The notes beneath the pieces are model-generated. The model was given only the letters and a program-made list of their open reading frames with translations. It had not been told where the DNA came from and searched no databases. This document shows, piece by piece, positions 9,698-18,655 of a DNA stretch of 62,389 nucleotides. Source of the stretch: Candidatus Poribacteria bacterium (GTDB lineage Bacteria; Poribacteria; WGA-4E; WGA-3G); NCBI GenBank assembly GCA_009839975.1, contig VXOP01000361.1, positions 1 to 62,389 on the forward strand, given 5' to 3'. Positions within the stretch are counted from its first letter, which is position 1. Every line of letters begins with the position of its first letter. The position numbers and the translations under genes were made by a program.

Positions 9698-10933
9698 TTA
9701 TTCCCCGTTTTGCTTCAACTGCTTGATGACCGATTCAGCAAAATCACGATCCCATTTCTGCGTTAGATCGTCTTGCACCTGCTGCAATAGGGCGTGCCGT
9801 GTTTCGCGTGGTATCCTTTGTAGGAACGCATCAATTTCTTTGGCATAAGTGGATTGTAGCACTTTAGAACGCTGTGCCAACTCATTTCTATCCGCTTCTG
9901 TCGGGAAAAGACGCGTAAGCTCCTTCTCACTGAGTAGGGATTGTAACGCAACATCGGGATACTTTTCATAAAACCCAGCGTTTAGCCGTGACATCTCACG
10001 CACAAGCTCCTGTTGCAACACGCGCGGATCGTCCGCAAGGGCAGGTAAGATTTCACGGGATTCCTCACTGCCGTTCTCAATGTCCTCTTTTTTTGGTGGA
10101 ACATCAATAGGTAGGGTAGAATCCGGTGACCCACTCGGTGAACCACTTCCGATACGCGCAGTATTAAAAATAGACGACTCTTTGATACCAATCGCTTTAC
10201 CATCCGCATCTAAAATCAGATGAGAACGCAGCTTATCAATAAACGCATCAAGACTCGCGCTATCTTCGGCAGACTTTTGCTCAAAATCAAGGCGATCACG
10301 TCTCCATTCCTCACGACGCTTTTCAAATGCCGCCATGTCGGCTTGATGATCCACCAACTCTTGCTCAAACGAGGCAAGTTCTGCATCGAGCTCCGCCATT
10401 CTCGCTTCATATTCCCGTTGATTTTCTGCTAAATCAACTTCTAACTCTGCAGCAGCTTCGGGATTCCTCTTTCGTAAGTTATCAACATATTCTTCATAAG
10501 TATAGTCTCCCGATTTGAGTTTCTCCTTCCATGCCGCCATTTCTGCTATTTCAACTTCTAACTTCGCAGCAGCTTCAGGGTCTGATTCGCGCAGTTTCGC
10601 AAGGTAATCTGATTCGCGCAGTTTCGTAATGTAGTCGTTTTGGCTTGACGTTTCATCTTTTCTTAGCAGATGCGGTGCATGCTTTTGCAGATAGGTTTCG
10701 GCTTTCGCTGCTTTATCAGAGAGATTATCCAATGCATTACTATATTCAGTATCTTCGTCTAAACGCGGCAGATACCCCGCATCCGCCACCAGTTTATCAT
10801 ACTCTGCCATGTATGCATCATAACGCTGTTTGACACGTTGATGTTTTTGATTTCCTAACATATAAAACGCTCCAGCTGATAAAAGTATCACCGCACATAC
10901 TGCCGTGAGTGTCCATATCCATCGTTTCCTCAT
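9698..10933 (-). CDS. Membrane-anchored coiled-coil protein (CC2 family)
   Basis: N-terminal TM helix and long heptad-like charged repeats. The C-terminal ~90 aa are homologous to the C-terminus of 42946..43968 (EKY.DV...FP...DR...DFA.S). Confidence 0.7.
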   Translation of the reverse strand: MRKRWIWTLTAVCAVILLSAGAFYMLGNQKHQRVKQRYDAYMAEYDKLVADAGYLPRLDEDTEYSNALDNLSDKAAKAETYLQKHAPHLLRKDETSSQNDYITKLRESDYLAKLRESDPEAAAKLEVEIAEMAAWKEKLKSGDYTYEEYVDNLRKRNPEAAAELEVDLAENQREYEARMAELDAELASFEQELVDHQADMAAFEKRREEWRRDRLDFEQKSAEDSASLDAFIDKLRSHLILDADGKAIGIKESSIFNTARIGSGSPSGSPDSTLPIDVPPKKEDIENGSEESREILPALADDPRVLQQELVREMSRLNAGFYEKYPDVALQSLLSEKELTRLFPTEADRNELAQRSKVLQSTYAKEIDAFLQRIPRETRHALLQQVQDDLTQKWDRDFAESVIKQLKQNGE

Positions 10934-10958
10934 AACACACCTCCTGATTGACTATACC

Positions 10959-11753
10959 CTAATCTATTTGTGGACCGGGGTTCTTGGCGTCTTTTTCAAG
11001 TTGATACCACTTCTTTTTCTTCTCATCTATCTCTACATCCACCTCGACGCGACGATTTGTCACATCCGTAATCTCCTTTTGCAGTTTCACAATCTTCTTT
11101 TGTAAAGCTGCTACTTTAGCTTCACGGGTGGTGATTTGGTAGGTAAGACGATTGATCTGATCTATCTTTGTCGTATAACTTAAACTATATATCACGTCCC
11201 TGTATGCTTGCTTCTCAGCGTTATACTTCGCCTTTTCCGTTTTCATTTCCTCCTCAGCGTCTGCAAGAGAAGATTTCTTTAAATTAATCGCGAACTCGAT
11301 GCTACTATACATCTCATCAGAAGGAGACGTACGCAATAGTTTTGCTTCAAGTTCAGCAATCTCTTCACGAAGTCTCTTGGCTTCACTGCGGGCTTTGTTG
11401 TATGCATCAAGAGCATCATTGGCTGCCTTTGCTGCTCTCGTCTTCTCCTGCTCATTAGGTAAATTCTGCTCTGCCAACCTGTTTCTCCTACCCATAAGGT
11501 TGTTTATCTGCTCTTTGAGTTCTGCAATTTCGTCTCCCGCTAATGCTTTTTCATTTTCCAGAGCAGCAATCAAAGCAAGTCTACCTTTTTGAGTCTCTTC
11601 GAGTTTCAAGATGGCATTCCACATCTTAACCAACCAAACGGGGGCTTGCCACCACTTGGCATGTAAAACGTCTATCACGCCTATAGAACCTATAACGACA
11701 ACACATAAAAGTAAAATAATAAGCGTATTCTTTCTAATCTTATTGAGATTCAT
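10959..11753 (-). CDS. Membrane-anchored coiled-coil protein (CC1 position)
   Basis: N-terminal TM helix and coiled-coil-like sequence. GGAG RBS. Same position and architecture as 42054..42941. Confidence 0.65.
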   Translation of the reverse strand: MNLNKIRKNTLIILLLCVVVIGSIGVIDVLHAKWWQAPVWLVKMWNAILKLEETQKGRLALIAALENEKALAGDEIAELKEQINNLMGRRNRLAEQNLPNEQEKTRAAKAANDALDAYNKARSEAKRLREEIAELEAKLLRTSPSDEMYSSIEFAINLKKSSLADAEEEMKTEKAKYNAEKQAYRDVIYSLSYTTKIDQINRLTYQITTREAKVAALQKKIVKLQKEITDVTNRRVEVDVEIDEKKKKWYQLEKDAKNPGPQID

Positions 11754-12177
11754 TTTTATCTCCTTTGGGATACACTTCGGTATCCGAATGTATTAAGAAA
11801 TCGCAAATGCGATCTTATGGTATATCAATTCAACATTATATCTGACAGACCACAAAGGAGAGGTTGGCAGGTAAAAAACGCAATAGAATTGCTGCTAACG
11901 ATTTCCTTTGGGCATGCCGGTTTTCATATTTCAATACCAACAAGCGAATGCATGTGGTAACATGAAAACCAGCCCTGTCATAGTCCTGTTATGGCAGAGC
12001 TACGCGCTGAGCGTGCTTTTGTAAGAGACAGCACTTTCGGCGCGCCCCCAAAAGGGGAGCTTGCCCCGGTGTAACACACGCATCCCGTGCATTTCTAACA
12101 CCTCCGACATAATTCACGCGGTTCGTGAATTTCTAACGTCTAAAAAGCATTATACAAAATTGCGAAAAAAGTGTCAA
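11754..12177 (-). ncRNA. Consensus promoter plus ~390-nt conserved leader RNA (copy 1)
   Basis: Minus-strand TTGACA (12172-12177), 17-nt spacer, TATAAT (12149-12154). The first ~75 transcribed nt and several downstream islands match the 38105-38419 element. No conserved ORF. Confidence 0.5.
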
Positions 12178-12321
12178 GAAAAAATAAGTTATGTTTGAAG
12201 TATAAAATTAAACTTATTTAATTTTCCTACTACACCATAAATATTCTAAACTGATCTTTTCTTTTAGGGTTGCTTTTATATTGGTAGGTATGCTATACTT
12301 ATCGGAGTGTGTTTTAAGAGT

Positions 12322-12369
12322 TTTAAATAAAAAATGGGGGTTGTTGAAAACAACACCCCCCACACTGAT
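12322..12369 (-). ncRNA. Predicted countertranscript RNA, copy B
   Basis: Minus-strand TTGACA (12399-12404), 17-nt spacer, TATCCT (12376-12381). Hairpin at 12336-12361, followed on the minus strand by ATTTTTTATTT. Confidence 0.45.
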
Positions 12370-12552
12370 AAAAGTAGGATACCACAAAATTTTGGATATG
12401 TCAAGTAAAAAATGCATTTTTTTACGAATCCCTGTATTTTCCGATAGTGTTTGGTGCGATAGGGAAATCGCACCTACCGACTGGGTTAGGTCAAGGGGTT
12501 GCATAGCAAAAGCGTGTGTGTATTCTATTTTTTTTATTATAGGAGAAGAAAG

Positions 12553-13665
12553 ATGGTGCTAAATCCATCCTTGCGTTTAGGCATTTTGAATGCTGTTCCT
12601 GTTTCGTGTCATAATTTAGAGGCTCCTGAGTTAGTTGAGTCGACTGAATACAACATACCTCACCCAACTGTAGATACCACGATGCAGTTGCCATTTGGTT
12701 TTAGTAGTGCGTTATCGGAGTTGTTGTCTGGTGAGATGCGTTCTATTGATTTTTTATTATTGTGTGTATTTAATTATCGTAGCACTTATGAGAATGGTAA
12801 GACGTGGCGGACAGGCTTGCGTCTGCTTTCTGAACTTACCGATGTATCAGTTCGTTATATCCGCCAAAGATTATCCGATTTGAAGGACAAGGGTTGGTTG
12901 CATGTTTTGTCAGTTGGTATAAATACGGGTAGTCGTTATCAAATAGTGCATCACAATTGTGATCGTGATGACGTTCCGACAGATAAAAATGGTAATCCGT
13001 TGAAGTTTGCGATACCTCGTGGTGTTGGCGGTATTCTTGAAAGGTTGTTTTCTGGTGATATAAGTTGGAAGTCTGCGGTTGTATGGATAGTCATGAAGTA
13101 TCGCAGTGATTGGCAGACGGGCATAACGAATTCGTTGAGTATTGACAAGATACGCAAGTGGGTAGGTATGAGTCCGCAGACGGTCGTTAATTGTATAAAA
13201 GAACTCACGAAAGCGGGTTTAGTTAAGCGTTTGTCCAAGAAGCACGAGGCGGGTGTATATCAGTTGTATCCGAAACCTGATGGGAAACCGAAGCCTGTTT
13301 TCCGCAAGCGGAAGGTTAAGAAGGTTCGGACACCTGAAGATAAGGAGATGCGTGCGGATGGTGATTGGCGTTATAGCTTCAACGAGTTATGGAGAGTCAA
13401 TGTTGAAACGAATCAGATTCAACGTAGAAAGTCGCGGCGTTTTGGTATATGGCGTAATACATCGGAGCATGAGCGCTACACACAGATGCCGAAGTCTATG
13501 CGGGATGCTTTTGAAAAAGCTTATGAGTATTACCATCAAATTAAACGGGAATTAGGTGTTACCGATAGCGCACATAGCGTTACCCATACCGCACAGGACG
13601 TTACCCATACCGCACAGCAGGTTTTGGATGGTGTGGTTGGAGGCAATGGTAGTAAGGATTCGTAA
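12553..13665 (+). CDS. Rep-like protein with two winged-helix/HTH modules (candidate replication initiator)
   Basis: AGGAG RBS before the ATG at 12553. Two wHTH-like segments (LSELTDVSVRYIRQRLSDLKDKGWL and IRKWVGMSPQTVVNCIKELTKAGLV). Paralog at 55765..56847 next to parA. Confidence 0.6.
   Translation: MVLNPSLRLGILNAVPVSCHNLEAPELVESTEYNIPHPTVDTTMQLPFGFSSALSELLSGEMRSIDFLLLCVFNYRSTYENGKTWRTGLRLLSELTDVSVRYIRQRLSDLKDKGWLHVLSVGINTGSRYQIVHHNCDRDDVPTDKNGNPLKFAIPRGVGGILERLFSGDISWKSAVVWIVMKYRSDWQTGITNSLSIDKIRKWVGMSPQTVVNCIKELTKAGLVKRLSKKHEAGVYQLYPKPDGKPKPVFRKRKVKKVRTPEDKEMRADGDWRYSFNELWRVNVETNQIQRRKSRRFGIWRNTSEHERYTQMPKSMRDAFEKAYEYYHQIKRELGVTDSAHSVTHTAQDVTHTAQQVLDGVVGGNGSKDS
13558..13620 (+). repeat. 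Three tandem 21-bp iteron-like repeats inside the 3' end of the rep-like gene
   Basis: GTTACCGATAGCGCACATAGC / GTTACCCATACCGCACAGGAC / GTTACCCATACCGCACAGCAG. Confidence 0.8.
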
Positions 13666-13830
13666 ACAACCCAATTTCGCGTAACGCGCAGCTAGTTCAA
13701 AATTAATTAGGACCCAAGACGCGGACAACTTCAATTTTTTGTTTTTTTTGGATCAGCATCAGCGTTTTGGGGTTTGGTAACGGGTTCAAAAAACAACACT
13801 TAAGGGAAAGAGTCAGGTTTTTTTTTAATT

Positions 13831-13855
13831 TAGACTGATATTCTGTATCGGTCTA
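13831..13855 (+). other. 25-bp imperfect palindrome, candidate recombinase (lox-like) site 1
   Basis: TAGACTGATA-TTCTG-TATCGGTCTA within an ~80-bp block (TTAAGGGAAAGA...CGTCCT) conserved in three places. Confidence 0.45.
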
Positions 13856-13994
13856 TCTGCGTTGCAGCGTCCTGTCATCAGGACGGACGCATTCCCTTGC
13901 TTGGGGTGGATTAAGGGGTGTGGTATGTCAATACCTACTAACGATGTTACTGATTGTAAATGTCAAATTCTCTAAATTGTCTAATCTGTTAATT

Positions 13995-14303
13995 TTAGAA
14001 CCATCCGAACGGGGAGCGGCGGCTCTTCCAGATTAAAGTAACTTTCGTGCGTCTAATGCCTCGCTTGTCTGTCATATCACGCATCCTTATATCGTGCAAA
14101 CGCCCATAAAAACTGATACGCTCTGCTGATCGTATTGCACGAAAAAAAACATAATGCATCCCCGATGTCGCTTTCTCACCTGCCCGCATCCATCGCCACA
14201 TTGTCGTGCGATTTACGCCTACTTCTTTGGCTATATCCGACCATTGCCTACCTTTTTGTCTTAAATTCGCTATCTCAATTATTTTACTTTTTGTTAATTT
14301 CAT
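13995..14303 (-). CDS. HTH DNA-binding protein (phage small-terminase/transposase-HTH-like)
   Basis: IANLRQKGRQWSDIAKEVGVNRTTMWRWMR. Confidence 0.5.
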   Translation of the reverse strand: MKLTKSKIIEIANLRQKGRQWSDIAKEVGVNRTTMWRWMRAGEKATSGMHYVFFRAIRSAERISFYGRLHDIRMRDMTDKRGIRRTKVTLIWKSRRSPFGWF

Positions 14304-14654
14304 GTTCCTGATATCCCTTCAACCAAAATACTGCTTTTAATATGATGTTTTTGTTGCTTTTTTGACAGAAGAAATCAGACGTGTTCTGATATTTCCCCCC
14401 CCAAAAAAGCACTCACTTTTGTTGCTTTTTCCTGTTACTCTATGTTACGATTCAAAACCTCTCTATTTGTCATTGATGTTCTCCTTCCACTTTCACACCA
14501 TAAACATTGTTTGAATTTTAAAATTTTGAATGCACACAATCGCTTGTAACGCATTCTTCTTGACTAATTGCTATACCTTCCTCAAGGTATACTGTGAATT
14601 TCACGGTTTATTGAATTATCACTTGCTGGCACGACTTTCGGACGCCTGATCTCC

Positions 14655-16154
14655 TTACAGCAAAACACCTTGATTTTTGAGTTTTGCAATAAGTTGTTCT
14701 TGTGTGCCTGCTCCTTTTGTAGAGTTGCAAGCACCACACAACAACTGCAGATTGTCTATATCATCCGTTCCATCTGCTGATCGCGGGACGATATGGTCAA
14801 TTGTTAGGTTGCGTATCGGTAGCAAGTATTGACACCCGTTGCATTTGCCCTCTTGGATACCATATAACGTGTGCTTGTAGGATACAAAGACTTGCATTTC
14901 CGCCTCAGACAACACAATATCCGATTTTCTTATCCTATTTTTCTCTGCTTGTATCCACTCCTTGCTAAACAAGCCGCTTAACGTTAAACGTTTCTCTTTT
15001 GGCGTGTCAGTGCGTTCTGGCACATCCGTTCTGTGATTTATTTTACCAACAAGATGTCTCAACAATGGCATCTCTTTTTCTATACGCGATTTGACTAATT
15101 CAACAGCCTTTGGCGATAAATCAATACCTATCCACTTCCTATTTAGATTTTCCGCGGCAAGACACGTCGTAGCACACCCACAAAACGGATCCAAGACGAC
15201 ATCCCCGGCGTTGCTACTCGCTTTGATAATCCGATCAAGCAAAGATAACGGCTTCTGGGTAGGATAGCCTGTTCTCTCTTTTCCTGCTGCTATAGGTATA
15301 TCAATCCATAAACTTCCTATGGGTTTACCTTTATAATTATCTGCATAGGATTTTCTTAATGGACGTTTTCCTTCACGCCATATAATATCTCCTGCTTTAT
15401 CCATTTTAATTAATTTTTCTTTACTGACTCGCCATCCTGATGAATGTGGGTTTGAAATTCCTTTATATTCATAACATAAATTAGGTCTGTCTCCCATTGA
15501 CGGTTGACGAAATAAAGGGGTTGTTGTGTTATATTTTCTGCCATTTGTATCAGTATATGGAAATTTCTCATTTATTTCTAACTCTGATAGTGGTTGGGTA
15601 ACTAAGTTATGTAATAGATTATTGGATTTTGAATAGTGAAAAATGTTATCTGTGTCTTTGCCCAGTGATTTACTTTTATATTGACTACCTTTTGCCCTTC
15701 CTGATGCCCTTTGCCACACAATCTCGTTCCTGAAGTTATCCTGCCCGAACACCGAGTCCATCATCATTTTCAGATAATGACTCGCTGTTGGATCGCAATG
15801 CAGGTAGATACTGCCTTTCGGAGACAGGATACGGTGCATCTCTAACATACGAATTGACATCATGATGAGATATGCTTTCATCGCTTTACCGTGTGCTAAT
15901 TCCGCAGCGACGATGCATTGATAGAGTGATGGGTAATCCTCCGCTATCTGCCCGTGCCAGGCATTATCCACGTCATCTAGTGTCCACGAGTCTTTGAATG
16001 CTGCCCCTGCTGCCTCACTGCCTATCGGTGCAGAATAACTTTTATTACTATTGAAAGGTGGATCCAGATATATCAAGTCAATTGAATCTGAATTGATACC
16101 TTTGAGAACTTCTATATTGTCGCGTTCAAAGATGGTTCTGTTTTGAACATTCAT
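14655..16154 (-). CDS. Beta-class N4/N6 DNA methyltransferase fused to a C-terminal HNH endonuclease domain (paralog 1)
   Basis: AAGGAG RBS before the ATG at 16154. Motif IV DPPF precedes motif I (DPFCGCATT). C-terminal CNGC...IDHIVPRS..G.DDIDNLQLLCGACN. Confidence 0.8.
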   Translation of the reverse strand: MNVQNRTIFERDNIEVLKGINSDSIDLIYLDPPFNSNKSYSAPIGSEAAGAAFKDSWTLDDVDNAWHGQIAEDYPSLYQCIVAAELAHGKAMKAYLIMMSIRMLEMHRILSPKGSIYLHCDPTASHYLKMMMDSVFGQDNFRNEIVWQRASGRAKGSQYKSKSLGKDTDNIFHYSKSNNLLHNLVTQPLSELEINEKFPYTDTNGRKYNTTTPLFRQPSMGDRPNLCYEYKGISNPHSSGWRVSKEKLIKMDKAGDIIWREGKRPLRKSYADNYKGKPIGSLWIDIPIAAGKERTGYPTQKPLSLLDRIIKASSNAGDVVLDPFCGCATTCLAAENLNRKWIGIDLSPKAVELVKSRIEKEMPLLRHLVGKINHRTDVPERTDTPKEKRLTLSGLFSKEWIQAEKNRIRKSDIVLSEAEMQVFVSYKHTLYGIQEGKCNGCQYLLPIRNLTIDHIVPRSADGTDDIDNLQLLCGACNSTKGAGTQEQLIAKLKNQGVLL

Positions 16155-16254
16155 CACAAGACTCCTTTTGTCCATTTTACAGTTAATATTCTCTCTATAC
16201 ACATGTGCAGATATTTTGATTTTAGCATAACACCCGTTCAATTTCTACTACTGC

Positions 16255-16465
16255 GGAACATCGGTAACAACGGTAACAAGCATGCCATGAACCCTTACTG
16301 TTATCGCTTGTGCCACTTTCACTGTTGGTGGTAACAACGGTGGAACAACGGTAACATTTGTTCCGTTGTGCTTTTTGGTGGCACATTCAGTCGTGGTATA
16401 TGTTTATAGCGTTAATGTTACCGTTGTTACCGCACCTCCCATTACAAACCGATTTGGTAAACGGG
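16255..16465. repeat. Cluster of short GGTAACA/ACGGT repeats (iteron-like, candidate origin or operator)
   Basis: GGAACATCGGTAACAACGGTAACA (16255-16278), GGTAACAACGGTGGAACAACGGTAACA (16329-16355), inverted TGTTACCGTTGTTACCG (16416-16432), TTTGGTAAACGGG (16453-16465). Confidence 0.6.
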
Positions 16466-16467
16466 CA

Positions 16468-17892
16468 TTACAGGCTAATATCGTAATTATCATCTTTCGG
16501 ATAGTAAGGTCCGCGTTTTCTCGGCTGATGGATTTCTCCGTTCTCTACCATTTTGCGAAGTGTCTTTCTAATTAGACTATCCGAGACAGTGCCGCCTTTT
16601 CCGTCAGAGATTTCAATTTCTGATGGTGTCAGTCCATCTTTTGCGTCGTTAAGCAGGTCTATAATGTTGTTTCGCAGTTCTGACTGGTGGAACGTCTTTG
16701 CGTCTCCTTGTAGTTCCCATAAACCTATTGACGGATCAATTGTGAAAGACAATTCGCGTGTTGATATACGTTTGCCAGTTAAGTGTAAGGTTTTGGATCC
16801 TGAATCGTGCTGTAGCATCATCAGAGTATCCGCGGCTGCTTGAATCCCCGTTGACCCTTGTAGTTGATTAAAAGCATTGTCGGTATCAACTGCTTTGCGA
16901 GTATGCGTTATTAGGATAATGCACATATTTCTGCGGTTTGCGAGATTCTGAATTGGAATGACGACGTCGTAGTCGGTATCGTATGCTGTGCCTCTGGCAT
17001 TGCTTAACTGCGGTTTGACGCGATGCAACGTATCAATAATCAAAAGTTCTGTTTCTGTTTTGTCAAGATGAGTTTCAAGTAGTTTTATGCCTGCATTGTC
17101 CAAGACGAGAGTCTGGGTGTTGTCTATGATATGTAAGTTTGATAAGTCATGACTATTTTCTGTCAGTAAATCAATTCTGCCAAGTAAGAGATCCGGTGGG
17201 TCGTCAAAACATAGATATGTGACGTTGCGGGGTTCGTCCAGTTCTATTTTAGAAAAGACGGCTGCTCTGCTTGCAATCGCAACTGCGATATTTGTAGCAA
17301 AGAAGCTTTTACCAATTTTTGCGGGGCCGCCAAGAATTGCCAATCCTTCAGGTAGCATATCAGGTATGAACCATTTTACAGGCGGAACAATGCGGTCTTT
17401 CGCATCTGCATGTGTAAATGAATTGAGTTGCTTTGATGTAGATGTTTGGATATTCTCACCAACCTCAAGTATTTGCGACTGAATATATGCAATTTCAACG
17501 CTTTCATTGTATGCTAATTTTGTTATTTCGTTGGATATACTGATTATCGCCCTTCGTGTTGCGTAATCCTTAAGTATTCTCGCGTATACTACGGTGTTTT
17601 CAGTTTCAACAATCGGTGCCTGCAAGTCGTAAAGATAGTCAGGACCTCCAACACGATTAAGTTGTTCATTTATTTTCAAGTCATGTGCTACCAATATAGG
17701 GGTAACTCTTTCGTGTTTCTCAAATACTTTCAAGATGGTTGCATAAATCAGTTTGTGATCGGTTGTGAAAAATGCATCGGCAGAATTGCCTAACAAATCC
17801 TCAACGGCGGGTATTACTAATGGATTTATCATCATCGCGCCAAGCACTGCCTTTTCAGCATCGGCATCTTGCAAAAGTTTAATATCGTACAT
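16468..17892 (-). CDS. DnaB-N-terminal-domain / RecA-like AAA helicase (RepA/plasmid-phage replicative helicase type) with C-terminal wHTH
   Basis: GGAGG RBS before the ATG at 17892. DnaB-N-like AEKAVLGAMM...HKLIY. Walker A GGPAKIGKS. Walker B LLIIDTLH. Confidence 0.75.
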   Translation of the reverse strand: MYDIKLLQDADAEKAVLGAMMINPLVIPAVEDLLGNSADAFFTTDHKLIYATILKVFEKHERVTPILVAHDLKINEQLNRVGGPDYLYDLQAPIVETENTVVYARILKDYATRRAIISISNEITKLAYNESVEIAYIQSQILEVGENIQTSTSKQLNSFTHADAKDRIVPPVKWFIPDMLPEGLAILGGPAKIGKSFFATNIAVAIASRAAVFSKIELDEPRNVTYLCFDDPPDLLLGRIDLLTENSHDLSNLHIIDNTQTLVLDNAGIKLLETHLDKTETELLIIDTLHRVKPQLSNARGTAYDTDYDVVIPIQNLANRRNMCIILITHTRKAVDTDNAFNQLQGSTGIQAAADTLMMLQHDSGSKTLHLTGKRISTRELSFTIDPSIGLWELQGDAKTFHQSELRNNIIDLLNDAKDGLTPSEIEISDGKGGTVSDSLIRKTLRKMVENGEIHQPRKRGPYYPKDDNYDISL

Positions 17893-18135
17893 GTTTATCT
17901 CCTCCTTTTTTGAGTAAGGAGGCAACTGATGAGGGTATCAGCGACCTCGCTGGCTTTTGCAACCTCGCAATTCTCTTTTAGGGCCGCTTTGCCATTGAGG
18001 TAGGGATTCCTACCTCTCAGGGCATGCGCGGCGAGCCATACGAGGTTTTAATAGCGCGTGCGCTTTAGAAAAGGATTGGTAGTCCTTACGCACAGAACAA
18101 CTCCACAGCTGCTCCGCTATCATTATAACACTAAT

Positions 18136-18188
18136 AGTATAAATGAAAATAGTTGTAAATTCAAGCAAAAAATGCTAAAATTACAACT
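18136..18188. promoter_or_regulatory. Divergent overlapping promoters with an inverted-repeat operator
   Basis: Minus strand: TTGAAT (18159-18164), 17-nt spacer, TATACT (18136-18141). Plus strand: TTGTAA (18153-18158), 17-nt spacer, TAAAAT (18176-18181). Inverted repeat AGTTGTAA (18151-18158) / TTACAACT (18181-18188). Confidence 0.5.
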
Positions 18189-18213
18189 TAAATTATGGAC
18201 ATAGGGAAATTCC

Positions 18214-18576
18214 ATGAAAAAGAAAAAAAATGAAATCCTCGCTTATCTTTTTCAAGAAATAGAATGTCGCGGAAGAACGCAAACCGACGTTGCAGATGAA
18301 TTGGGATACAGTCAACAATATATCTCCAAATATATCCAAGACCACCAGGACAGATGGAACCGTCTACTAAAGGACACAGAACGCGAGATATCACTTTACA
18401 AGGCTCTGATTGAAGCAGTTAAGAGTACACCTGTTGTCGTAAACGGTGGAATAGATGCATACGTTGAGAGAATAGAAAGTGCAATTGATGCTGCCATCCA
18501 GGAACATAAACGCAAATATCCTCCGAAGCAGCTGCTTATCCCTGTTGTTTTTAATGTCATGAAAAAACCCAAGTAG
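18214..18576 (+). CDS. XRE/Cro-like HTH regulator
   Basis: RTQTDVADELGYSQQYISKYI. Confidence 0.6.
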   Translation: MKKKKNEILAYLFQEIECRGRTQTDVADELGYSQQYISKYIQDHQDRWNRLLKDTEREISLYKALIEAVKSTPVVVNGGIDAYVERIESAIDAAIQEHKRKYPPKQLLIPVVFNVMKKPK

Positions 18577-18630
18577 CCCTCCATCTTCTTACAGACAATT
18601 AAGGGAAAGATTTTGATTTTTTCTCTTGTT

Positions 18631-18655
18631 TAGACTGATATTTTATATCGGTCTA
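18631..18655 (+). other. Candidate lox-like site 2 (same orientation as site 1)
   Basis: TAGACTGATA-TTTTA-TATCGGTCTA with the same conserved flanks. Confidence 0.45.

Larger units (their letters stand above)
12243..13866 (+). repeat. Inverted-repeat copy B (rep-like gene plus control region plus downstream site)
   Basis: Near-identical to the reverse complement of 31124-32745. The ORF track shows identical antisense ORFs (12951..13238 = 31753..32040; 13253..13555 = 31436..31738). Confidence 0.95.

Noticed and set aside
12499-12552. An 18-codon N-terminal extension (MHSKSVCVFYFFYYRRRK) of the rep-like ORFs, mirrored at 32439..32492.
   Set aside because: The AGGAG RBS sits immediately before the internal ATG (MVLNPS...). 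Truncated copy A also starts there. The extension is translated from T-rich promoter-like sequence.
17926-17945. A CTGATGAG string resembling the hammerhead ribozyme core.
   Set aside because: It is simply one arm of a CTGAT/ATCAG inverted repeat. No CGAAA element and no three-helix junction could be built.
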